The position numbers were made by a program, and so were the translations under genes. DNA of 64,000 bases from Antedon mediterranea (taxonomy: Eukaryota; Animalia; Echinodermata), in contig NC_092675.1 of the NCBI RefSeq assembly GCF_964355755.1, positions 28,120,912 to 28,184,911 on the forward strand, read 5' to 3'. Each line of letters opens with the position of its first letter. Within the stretch, counting starts at the first letter, position 1. The notes beneath the pieces are model-generated. The model had not been told where the DNA came from. It saw only the letters and a list, made by a program, of their open reading frames with translations, and made no database searches. This document shows, piece after piece, positions 51,589 to 63,200 of this stretch.

Positions 51589-54500
51589 CTTTATTCTTCT
51601 TTTTTTCCACGAATTTTGTCCGCAGCATATCTCTATCTTCTGGCTACCATAAGATAGTGTAAATTTTTCATAACATTGAACTATAGCTGTAGATGTGCAG
51701 CCAAGATTTTGGACAATTTTGGAGTGGCGCAGCGTAAGTTACGCGCGATTTTATGAATTTCAATGATTGATCATAGATTAAAAACCAAAAGTCATTTTGT
51801 ATTGAAACTTGGTGAACATTTAAGTCATATCATGCGCAAACTTTCTATGGATTAAAAATGGCATGTTTCACATAAAGTTACGAGCGCACGCGCGTTTAAA
51901 ATTTCAAAATGCGTAAAATCAATTTCTAATCAACTTTCTACGCGTTTCAGGTCATTTTGAGCATTTCAAAAATTCCCACACATGCGCAATTTTTTACGCG
52001 CGCGTGCGCACTTAGCGCAGAAGCCTCTTTTTTTTGCTTGATTTTTGTTTTTTCAGCCTTTTCTAGTAAATTTACCAATTTTCAATCAATTTCGACTTCA
52101 AATCACGTCATACGAGCACGTAGAATTGAACAATTTGCGCGCGTTTTTGATGAAAAAGTTCAAAAATTCGTGAAAATTATGCCTTTTTTTAAAAAGTCAT
52201 AGATTCTAAACTCCGAGATGAAAATTTTTAAAATTTCAGATTCTGGAAGTAGATGAGTTATAGATATCAAAGCATGCTTCGATATGGCTAACCGGACATT
52301 GTGACGTCATCGTATGGCCACTCGAATATAAAATATAGGATTTTTGTCTCTTTCGCATAGCTCATCACATTTAATAGAGCGCATCTCCACTTATCCGTAT
52401 TCCATTTCCCTCCATTTTGTTATATTATCTAGGCCAATCAATTATCTTTCGCATAATCTACCATTTTTTAAATTGTGATGACATCATCATGTCCAAAAGC
52501 GTCAATAACTTTGGTCACTTATTTTCACCTATTCTGCACTGTATGTAGTACGTATACAGTATATAGTGTATACCGTATATACTCAGACGTGACGAAAAAT
52601 AGAGAGCGCACTGAAATTGTTGCAATGCCTTAATCGTTTTTCTGCGCGCAATATTCTAACGTATGACGTGCACGTGGCCTTTGCACTGCGGATAACCTAA
52701 CTCGTCCGTAGTGACGAGTTCAAATCTAGTTAATCCTTAGTATTTAAGGAAATTTTTTTTTTTCAACTTATAGTGTGTTTTGAAGTTTTCATAACTAAGC
52801 AAGGTTCCTCTATCCGAGATTAAATCATTTATGAACCTTACGCCACACTAATAATAATTGGTGTAAAAAATTGGAAAGTTATTGATTAGAATCGAATCAT
52901 TCAACCATATTGGTTCTTTTAGTACATTATAGTTTGTAGATGCCGTTGAATTATGAATAGCAATAAACTAGGACCATGAATGGAGAACATCTCTCCAGAA
53001 AAAATTGTTCATATTTTTCGACAGCCTGTGAATCATGCATGAGCCGTATTCAAAGATTGATTCAGTTTTTTTACCATAGCATATTTTGTTAAAAATACAT
53101 TGAGATTTCCAGTGTTGTTACGAATTCTTCGCATCCAACTAATCTTAACTGCCTTTATGTAACTTCGCTCGCTCCCCCTCTAGGAAGAAGTGTAGACGAT
53201 GGTTCTCGGAATGATAATGACCCGTGTAAAAAGGACGTTCTCCTTGTACGTTTTCTGTCGGTTACCATTATTGAAAATGTTTGACATTCGTAAAACTAAA
53301 CCTACTCTTTTTCACAGTGTCTTAGGTGATTAATAACATTTTAAAGTAGGCCTATATAGTGTGAATATTGTTTGGTAGGGCCCTTATAGGGCTGAGGTGG
53401 GGAGGTGGAGTTCATTTGAGGGAAGTGCTTATTCAAGGGATTTGTTTAACTTTTTAGTTTTAATAAATGGTAACATTTATAATCAAATAAAATCCTCTAA
53501 TAGATATAGGAAAAGTGGTAAAAAAAGAATAACAAATGCTTGGTAAATTGTAGATAACAGTGTGATGAATTCGACTACAAATAGTATCATTGTGTTACTA
53601 TAAATATATTTATAATACAATATTGTGTGTATAAATGTGGATGGGCGTTTATTAGATAGTTGGGTTTGGGTGCGGGTGGGGGGGGGGGGGAGGGAGCGCG
53701 ATTATTATTCAAAGTTATGTTTTATTTGGGAAGGCGTTTATTAAAATAAATGTCAAATGCTTGGTAAATTGTATATAACAGTGCGATGAATTCTACTACA
53801 AAATAGTATCATTGTGTTACTATAAATATAATACAATATTGTGTGTATAATTGTGGATGGGATCGATGTGGTTATGTTTTTATGGTGCGGAATCAAAAAT
53901 TACGTGGTCTACGCACGATTTAACGAAATCACGTTTGTAATCATGCTTCACAAGCATGAATCACAATTAAAATAAAATTTGGTACTCATAAATTTCAGGT
54001 CATATTTCATCATATGGAAATACAATTACGTGCGTAGCGCATATAACGCACGTTTAAAATTGTCAAAACTGACAAATTTATTTTAGATGAAATTAGAGTA
54101 CGTTTCAGGCAATTTTAAGCGTTTAAAAAAATGCCATTAGTGCGCAGTTTTTTCCACGCGCACTGCGCGTTAAACCTTAATATGCACTCTTTTTGCCCGA
54201 TTTCTGTTTTACAACATTTCTTTAATAATATTATCAAGAATCTCCATGTAGGAATATTTCTCTTTCCAGCCCTTGGTTTTCTCTTCTTGCCACCTCTTCA
54301 GATAATCTATAAGATTTCCTTTTTCCATTTTTGAACAAACTTTCCGTTAGAACGAATATTAACATGCATCTCCCAAATAATTTGACACTAAAATTATTTC
54401 ATTTAATCTAAGCGTTGCAAAGATATGACCATTTTGTTTTCAATTGGTCAAAACATTCAAATTGAGGTCAGAGGTCAAAGATGAATTTTAGAAATTTGGG

Positions 54501-56144
54501 TTTGGGAAAACATGGATTTTTATAACCAGCATGATTCAAATATTCATAAAACACAATGTTTACACTTTCCCCATGATCTGCACACGAAGGCACTTTTTTT
54601 GACACAGGGATCTGGACTAGTGTATAAAAATGCAAAAAGCACGTTAAACATCATCTGATACCGTAATTCCCGAGGGAAGGCGCTTTTATAAATTGAAAGT
54701 AGCCCTACCTCTAAAACCTAAAATAAAGTTAGGCTACTGTAAAATGTGTTTGAAGAGTGGACGGGCGAGTGATTGGCCGGTAACTTGAATAAGTGCACAG
54801 GTAAACATTAAACAATCATGATAAAAACTAAAAATGAAATGAATGTGTGTGTAATTTCAATATCTTCTTTTATTTTTGTCACATTAAAAGATACTGTTGA
54901 TGTATTCGTGGGTTCGGCGTGGAAACAAACTATGGGACTTTGTAAAGGATCGCATTACCAGGTATTTGCTGGGGATTTTAATGGAGATGGCAGTCAAGAC
55001 GTGCTCTGTCACAACACCAAAACTGGCTCCAAAGAGATATATTACTCACGGTAAAAAACAAACACCGTCCAAATACATTTCAAACAACAAATAATAAATG
55101 TGGATCTACTGAGCACATAATGCGTAAATCCTTTATGCGCTTCGCATTTAAAATAACAAGTTTTCAGTAATAAAAAAATAGATTAATCGATATTAAAAAT
55201 ACCTTACAAAATCGTATATACATACCCAAACCAGATTTAACACAAAATGAATGTGTGATTTACTCGATAAAGCATTAATCTTGGAAATGTATAGGCCAAG
55301 CTGATATCACATTATTTAGTTAAATGTAAGAACTATTCTTTTTTAAAGGAGCGATGGATCTTTGATTGCCGAGCGTGCATGGAAAAAATATATGCAATGG
55401 TGCTACCACAACGGGGCTCAACTTTTTGTAGGTGATTTTAACGGTGACGGTCGCACAGATATGCTGTGTCATGATAGTAGGGGTTACAAAAAGGTTTCTC
55501 TAGCTCAGCCTGGAGGTGTGTTCTTGGGTACATCTTGGGAGAGAAATGTAGGTTGGTGTTTAGATGATGGTGATATTCTTGTCGCCGACTTCAACGCAGA
55601 CGGCCGAGACGATATGCTGTGTCAGCGCAACCGTGACGGCTACAAATGGATATCATATGCCAACCAAGACGGCAGCTTTTCAGGTACTAATTGGTATCGA
55701 GATATGGGTTGGTGTACGGGCACAAACGGCCACCTTTTCACGGGAGATTTTAACGGAGATCGTAGAGCTGACCTTCTCTGCCATGACCATAATAACGGGT
55801 ATAAGTGGGTAGCATTAGCGACAACGAGCGGCACATTTACTACAACATCATGGGAAGGAAATTTGGGATGGTGCTACCACCGTGGCGCAGAGATCTTCAT
55901 CGGCGATTTCAATAAAGATAAACGTGACGATATGATTTGCACTGATGGCGCTGGTAAAAAATGGATAGCCTACTCTGGAGTAGATGGTTCCTTTACTGGA
56001 ACAGATTGGAAGCGAGAGATGAACTGGTGTACGTCTGGTAATAAGTTCTTAATTGCCGATGTGAATGGAGATGGTGGAGATGATATGGTGTGTCATATCC
56101 CATCCAACGGCTATAAATACATAGCATTTAATCAAACTCCATAA
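49512..56144 (+). CDS. Secreted FG-GAP/VCBS-repeat beta-propeller protein (6 repeats, putative Ca2+-binding, lectin-like); join(49512..49593,54891..55050,55349..56144), 345 aa
   Basis: Six repeats of about 52 aa with consensus W.R.MGWC....LF.GDFNGDG..DMLCH...GYKWIA. Exons 2 and 3 join in phase 2 (CG|G). Exon 1 MAFSKMILHSWLVLLLCVACNLHTSGA|gtaagt is a phase-1 signal-peptide exon downstream of TATA/GC boxes and matches the phase-1 acceptor at 54891. The exon 1 assignment is inferred. AATAAA at 56342. Confidence 0.82.
50353..50656. mobile_element. CACTA/EnSpm-like element end rich in ACGT/GTCG subrepeats
   Basis: Begins CCCAGCTAGCA and has dense ACGTCG/AACGTT repeats; it is cut off by the LINE tail. 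Confidence 0.45.
50657..53165 (-). mobile_element. 5'-truncated, decayed L1/Tx1-clade LINE (3' part of ORF2), interrupted by another element
   Basis: Minus-strand remnants IKAVKISWMRRI, FFWRDVL, EPIWLN, KLRWFQYRL, zinc knuckle CSFC...ETVYHLFC and INLLLSILKFYIY. The poly(A) tail appears as the T-run at about 50657-50671. Confidence 0.8.
51512..52731 (+). mobile_element. Helentron-type non-autonomous element inserted into the LINE
   Basis: Subterminal IRs GGTTATCCGCA / TGCGGATAACC, a 5' stem-loop, a 3' hairpin AACTCGTC-cgtagt-GACGAGTT and a terminal CTAGTT. Confidence 0.78.
53533..53860. repeat. Local direct repeat (~110 bp at 53533 and 53754)
   Basis: CAAATGCTTGGTAAATTGTA.ATAACAGTG...GTGGATGGG occurs twice. 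Confidence 0.85.
53860..54621 (+). mobile_element. Related Helentron-like fragment
   Basis: Shares the CGTTTCAGG.A.TTT.AGC.TTT.AAAAA...TGCGCA.TTTTT.CGCGC block with 51940-52015 and ends in CTAGT. Confidence 0.5.
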
Positions 56145-56543
56145 AAATAGATTGATATTTGTAATTATATACTAATTAATTTCTAACAACTTTTTTTTAA
56201 TAGGCCTATTTGAATGTTAATCTTTGATAACATGTTTTCTGCTTTTAATGGAAAGGTTTATACCTTATTATTCTTAGTATATTGCTTAATCTTCTCATAC
56301 GATTTTCTATTTCTATTTTGATATTGTAATTGTTTTTATCAAATAAATGAATGAATTAAAGAATAGATATTTAGAAACTTTTGTATGTGTTAAGATAATG
56401 AATCTTCGCATTATTATACTGTTCGTCCGCCGTGTGATGACACGAATTCCTAGTCGCAAAATCGCATTTGTGTGTAACTAAGGCAATCTAACAACAGGAC
56501 TGAAAAATAAAAATACAAACATATCATAAATTGTGGTGAAAAA

Positions 56544-57385
56544 AATTAAGTACTATACCTATTAATTAAGTACTCTACCTATTAATTAAGTACTCTACCT
56601 ATTAATTAAGTACTCTACCTATTAATTAAGTACTCTACCTATTAATTAAGTACTCTACCTATTAATTAAGTACTCTACCTATTAATTAAGTACTCTACCT
56701 ATTAATTAAGTACTCTACCTATTAATTAAGTACTCTACCTATTAATTAAGTACTCTACCTATTAATTAAGTACTATACCTATTAATTAAGTACTATACCT
56801 ATTAATTAAGTACTATACCTATTAACTAAGTACTATACCTATTAACTAAGTACTATACCTATTAACTAAGTACTATACCTATTAATTAAGTACTATACCT
56901 ATTAATTAAGCACTATACCTATTAATTAAGCACTATACCTATTAATTAAGCACTATACCTATTAATTAAGCACTATACCTATTAATTAAGCACTATACCT
57001 ATTAATTAAGCACTAAACCTATTAATTAAGCACTATACCTATTAATTAAGCACTATACCTATTAATTAAGCACTATACCTATTAATTAAGCACTATACCT
57101 ATTAATTAAGCACTATACCTATTAATTAAGCACTATACCTATTAATTAAGCACTATACCTATTAATTAAGCACTATACCTATTAATTAAGTACTATTCCT
57201 ATTAATTAAGTACTATACCTATTAATTAAGTACTATACCTATTAATTAAGTACTCTACCTATTAATTAAGTACTCTACCTATTAATTAAGTACTATATCT
57301 ATTAATTAAGTACTAAACCTATTAATTAAGTCATATACCTATTAATTAAGTACTATACCTATTAATTAAGTACTATACCTATTAA
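56544..57385. repeat. Minisatellite, about 41-42 copies of 20-bp ATTAATTAAG(T/C)ACT(A/C)TACCT
   Basis: Directly visible with an exact 20-bp period and block-wise variants. Confidence 0.98.
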
Positions 57386-57835
57386 ACCTTCATGACACAT
57401 TGGACTTTTAAAAGTACCAAAATAAAATAATGAAACGTATGGTGCCAGAGAATTCGATACAAAACTATTATGAATTTGTCGCAGCCAATCATAGAATCAA
57501 AGGACTTTTACGAGTTCCTATCTTGATAAGGCAAGCTCGTCGTTCTGTTGTTAGATTGCCTTTGTCATAATATTTCAGAGTAAAAACATAAAAATATCTA
57601 CAAACGTAACTAAATAAGAGAGACAATGCGTCCGTTCAGTATAAATATTTTTAAAACTTTTCAAATTGTTTTAAATAAACTTTTTCATCAACTGTGCAGT
57701 GCATTGAGGTTTTAATGTAATGCGCTCTGTAAAATAAATAAATAAAATGTTAACATTATTATAATAAAATCATCGATACGAAGGTTGACCCGCCGTCTAG
57801 TACGATTTTCTCCCGCTTTCTTTGCTAAGCGGTGT

Positions 57836-58005
57836 AAGGTGACGGGACGTTTTGACAAACACCACTTCGCCGACAGACAACTGGTACACAAACTATTTGC
57901 TGACTGGACGTTTCACCGACCGAACCTTTCGCCTACCGGTCATTTTCATCGACAGGACATTCCACTGACAGGAAATTCTGCCGACAACCATTTAACTGGT
58001 CGCAA
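57836..58005. repeat. Fragment with short internal repeats (TTTCGCCGAC-like), probable MITE end
   Basis: Repeated TTC(A/G)CC(G/T)AC-type units of about 20 bp. Confidence 0.4.
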
Positions 58006-58019
58006 AAATGTACACACAT

Positions 58020-58420
58020 TTACGTTGGTAATTGATCATATTGTACTAACATGTATGGTTCTCCTTTATGGTCTAATCGTTTTAAAAAAGATATCAACCG
58101 ACTTAAAGTTTGTTATAATGATGCTTTCCGGATGTTGTTGGAACAAACCAGATTTGTTTGTGGAAAACAATATTCCATCATTTTATGAATATTTGAGGAT
58201 TTCGACTTTCCGATTTCTTACAAGAATAATGAAAAGCGAAAACAGAATGTTAATTTGTATATATAAATATTTGTTAATGGATTCAAACATGTACTACAAA
58301 TGGAGAGAGGCATTATATACCAATAGATAAAAGTTTTGGTCCTCTCTCCTTCATCTTTTTTTTTTAATGTATTATACCATATGGACAATTGTCTGAAATA
58401 AAAGTTGAATTGAATTGAAT
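58020..58420 (+). mobile_element. 3' end of an RTE-X-like LINE
   Basis: Frameshifted remnants SYCTNMYGSPLW, INRLKVCYNDAFRMLL and LFVENNIPSF...FRFLTRIMKSEN, followed by AATAAA and a (TTGAA)n tail. Confidence 0.65.
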
Positions 58421-58703
58421 CCCAATTTCAACGTTCCGCCGGCCTTCTGAACGGTTCTAACTATGTATCATTTTTTTGTGGAAGAAAAATCACCTGGAAA
58501 AATACAAAAATACAAATGTAAATAAAAATGGAACAAACATTTGATATTGCAGTAAATTTTAATGAGAACCAAAAGTATTCTTAACTTGTTGGTCCTCCTT
58601 TCATATCAATGGTGAACAATTTGTACAGAACTCTCACAAAATTTTTTAGAGAAAAAGTATATTGAGAATAAGATTACTCATAATTATAATGGTACTATCA
58701 AAT

Positions 58704-58947
58704 GGAGTTGGATAGCCGAGTGGTTAGGACACTTGACTGTCATACAGATAGACCCGGGTTCAATTCCCGACAACTCCCAGTCCACTCAGCTGTAAATGAG
58801 TACCTGGTTGAAAATACTAGGGAGAAAAGGCGGCGTGGAAAGGAACTACCCTACCCTACCACATAATGCCGAGGCTTAGTACAATGAGCTCCTAACAGCT
58901 CATTCCCCTACGTTCAGAGAACACAGGACTCGCCTTTACCTTTTACT
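58704..58947 (+). mobile_element. tRNA-derived SINE, apparently full length
   Basis: A-box TAGCCGAGTGG, B-box GGTTCAATTCC, central GTCCACTCAGCTGTAAATGAGTACC and a CCTTTACCTTTTAC tail. Confidence 0.75.
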
Positions 58948-60260
58948 ATCAAATGACGATTCTGGGATTGGATACATACGGTAAGTAGTGTACCCAATAT
59001 ACTGATTGTAATGACCTCCAGGAAGGATATTAAGGGCAATCTAATTTATAGGATGGGAAACTATATCACAAAAACAAATATTCACACATTTTTTAACACA
59101 GTATATATTTTATACATAATTGTTTTAAACAAACATATTTTTTACACTTGCATTTCTATGAAAATTTATTACAAACATTTGTTGTTCTTTAGGTTCATTT
59201 TACTGTTTCATCATATTATTTTTGTTCATCTTCCATGATTGCTTGATTTGATTATATTTACTATTTACTGGTATCTACAAATACCACAATGTGATGACAT
59301 AGGGAAGACATTTATGAATGTCCATGCTCAACAATATCATGAGAATTTTTTTAGGGAGTGTGTTTTACAAAACGTTCTTTAGCAGTGTCAGTTTTAAAGC
59401 CATTTACAAAAATAATATACAAAATATACAAAAATTGAAATGCAACTTAATACATACAAATTAATAAACACAAAGAAACAAAAAAAAGTAACATATTCCA
59501 CAATTTTTAAAGCTATATAATAAACAAAATAATATATAGCTTCATTCAATAAATTCTTGATAATTCATTTAAACTTTCGTAATAATACTGTGAAATGAAA
59601 TGCCCATATTTGGCAATTTAAATGTATAGTAGCACGGCACACACATTAATGGCATATAGTTATTTTCCTGAGGTAAGATTGAGGGTGCTATAGTAGAGTA
59701 CATGACTGTATATTTTAGCAACAAAAGAGCCATATTTTTTTCATTGTAGGACTACATTTTTTGAAATTTTGTCAATTATTTTTTTTTATTGTTTACACCA
59801 GAGACGATGAAAAACATTTGTTTTCTGCATTTTTCGTAGAATGCAAATAATTTCTTCCCTTCTGGATATCAGCCCCTGGCTGCTATAGCAACAAAGGTGG
59901 ATTTGACCAATCACAAACATGTATTACAACCACTGAAAATTTGATGATTTCAGGCCGATTAGTTTGACCAGGGAGGTATAAAAATATAAAAATACCTCCC
60001 TGGTTTGACCCTCTAGTTGGCTTCTTCAAATCTTGTACTTCATTATTAATTATTATTAAGAATGATCACATTTCCCAAACAAATTAATTCTACACTTTAT
60101 CTTCTTCATTTTATACTGGTCTAATATTAATATATTAAATTAATATGCAAATTAATATGCAAATTGTATGCAAATTATTCAGAACGAAAAAGGGAAGTTT
60201 GGGCAGCATTGAAACATCAGTCTTTGCACAATTTATTTCGTCTTATCTCGTACAAGAGAG

Positions 60261-63200
60261 TCACTCCTCTTCGGAAGTTGCTGACAATTTATCGAGTACC
60301 TCTCGCATATAGACAAGACGGGAAGAAAGTTCAGCACTACATCCGTGGTGCGCAACGTGTAGTAGACGATAAGTACTTGAAATACGATCTTGGTTGATGT
60401 ATGTCAACAGATGATCACTGTTGTTATAGCTGAGGATTACTTTAGTATGATCCTCAAAGAAATTTAGCTGTAAAATAAAACAATAAATAAAAATTTTTTA
60501 AATTATAAATTATTATATAGTGAAAATGAGATTAATTAAAGTACTAATAAGATACTTATCTAAATAGAGACAGTATTTTTGAAATACAAAATAATAAATC
60601 CATTTTTGCTTGCCATACCTGGAATGTTCCATTGCTAAGATACATTGCTATTGCCTTATCAGTCCTATACCATTTCACCAAATAAGGTTGTAATGTCGGA
60701 GTTGGACTTGGCGATGGTGCTTTACGTTTAGGAATAGGTGACATCGCATCCCATACCAAATCTCCACCCTGGATAAAATTAAAAAAAAGAAATATTGTCA
60801 AATTATTTTTGATTGAATATAAATTCAATACAGTAATCATTACCAACCACCGACCAGCTACACCAACAGTAGTATCGTCTTCAGCACAACCACTTGAGGG
60901 AGCTTTTGATTTGCTATGGCCGACGACCTAGAAACAACTTAGGACATTTCAATTCATTGCGAGCATGCAAGGAATCTGGGATGTGCTTCCTCGTTTTATT
61001 CTTCAACACAGTTTTGTTTTTTTCTAGTTCCACTACTAATGATCTTCCTCATATATTATAACCAATTTCATTCATATCATTACTGTAAAGCATATTCATA
61101 AATAATTTCTACGTAACAAACATCAATATTTATTACAAAGCTAGTTTCTATCTAATATTCCTTATAGCATCGTAATACTGAACTAATAAATATTGATTAC
61201 TAAAAATCACATTAAAGTAGCATGCAATAAAAGCCTGTAATAGATGTGATAAAATACAATACTCAGAAAGTATGAAACCATTATAATAAAAAATGTTTTA
61301 GACCATTAAATATATCGCGAATGTGAATATGACAAATGAGATCGATTTACTATACTGACATGTGTAAAACCACCACCAACTATAAAACCAACCCAGAGGT
61401 CCATGATACAAATAAGCAAAATACATGTATTGAAATTGTTGAATAGGCCAACAGTGTTTTGTTAGCCTAATAACAGTCAACTCCCCCAATACCAGAGACC
61501 GTGAAATGCCTAATATGTCAGTAACTAATACAGTATCCTGAATGTGTTTTTAATGTTAAAAAATAAAGAATTTGAGACCTTATATATGAGAAAATGTATA
61601 TGTATCATATCGCAAGAAGATTTATATAATACCATTCTGTGCCCAGTTCTACCACACATCATGAGGCGGTAACATGTAAAATGCATCTGATGATGTGATG
61701 TAAATGACCCCAAAAGGCTGTGGCAGGGCCTTATATAGTGCTGAGGCAAGGCGAGCACACCATAACATCTTTTGTGAAGGACCCTAATGATTAGCTTCGG
61801 CTGGATGGACCACCCTCGTAAAATATTGTTGAAATAAAAAATAAATAAAAATAAAGTTTTCTGCTAATGTGTGTGAATTTTGATAAAATAAATATGTGTA
61901 TTTTCTTTTATGATGGTGGTATGCATAAATATATATTTTAATAAATTAAGAACAAAATTGAAAGCAAAATTAAAGCAATTGTCTAAATTTTGCCATAAGT
62001 GAATAAGTGAATACCATGCATAATACACATAAGCAATAATAAAGAAACAAGCATTTCATGCAATACACATATGAACATGCAACCCCCAACAAAATGGTAT
62101 AGACCTTTGCATCCTGTGGTGTCATTACTGTAATGCCAGTCTCTGGACCCTTCCATGATGCAAAAAAGGGGTGAATGGAAACGAATACAAATTAATACTT
62201 GCGTGGTTAGTTATATGATTCAAATAATGTAAAGGGTTTTGTTTCATTTAAATAATACAATTAATTATCATTCAGGGTGTTATTCATTCAGAAATAAACA
62301 TTATTTTGCAAACATTATGGCAAAGAAAATATGTATCATGATTTTTCAACAATTATGCATGAGATAAAAGCCAAAACTTTTGTAAAAAGATTAAGCAAAT
62401 TAATTAAGAAACTATGTTCGTTTAAAATAAGTTGTCAAAGGTTATACAAGTTATCAAATCACTAATTTCATGTTAATTGTATATTAAATATTGGTATACA
62501 AGCCAACCCCCTTTCTCACTCTCTTTCTCTCCCAACTCACCCTGTACAGTAGATCAAATAGTAAAACTTAACAACCATTTGTTAATGCTGCAAGGTCCGC
62601 TACGTTCACTAATTGTCGTTATTAATAAACTTTACCTTTACTAGGTGTTCATCCATGTATGTGGAGAAGTAGTCGAGTAGCGTGACTTTCTTGGATAGAC
62701 GTGGAGGAATAGCTGACATCTTGAACGTGTGTACTCTGTGATCGTTTGATAAATATTGCACTGAACTAAAAAAACAAAGAAAAGGGCTTTACTTAACCTA
62801 ATAAGTACTATTTAATCAGAGTCAGTCAAATGTTTTGCCCTACTCTGATGTGCAATTAATTCATGGGAGGCACTAGAACTAGTGGCCTGCAGATTACCAG
62901 CCTGGCATTCATACCTCGACCACCAAGCTTGTACTGAAGACTAGGGTTAATCAAACCTTATTTGAGAAACAATGTGGACGCAAATTTCAAAGTTAACTGT
63001 ACTTACATGCGATCAGGATGAAAACATATTCTTGACTTATCATTGAATATAACGCCAACACTCTTATCTGAAAGTTGGTGACCGAAGCCATACTTGTTTG
63101 AGTAGTCAACCCATTTTGGCACCCATAGCACCTCATCACCAATAGCCTTATACCTAGGTGTGTGCAAGTACTCTTCTGTTTCATCAAAATAAAAAAAGTT

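Noticed and set aside
56544-57385. Possible CRISPR array
   Set aside because: The units are head-to-tail with no unique spacers, there are no cas genes, and the context is eukaryotic. It is a minisatellite.
57785-58330. 181-aa ORF as a host gene
   Set aside because: A chance fusion of a MITE-like repeat with a frameshifted RTE-X LINE tail; non-ATG start.
58704-58775. tRNA gene (also 44584, 46146, 29306, 43530)
   Set aside because: A/B boxes are present but there is no complete cloverleaf, and most continue into SINE bodies.
60143-60176. Triple octamer ATGCAAAT as a POU enhancer
   Set aside because: It is a short tandem repeat in the PLK 3' UTR, and similar words occur elsewhere in this AT-rich DNA. 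Nothing else supports it.
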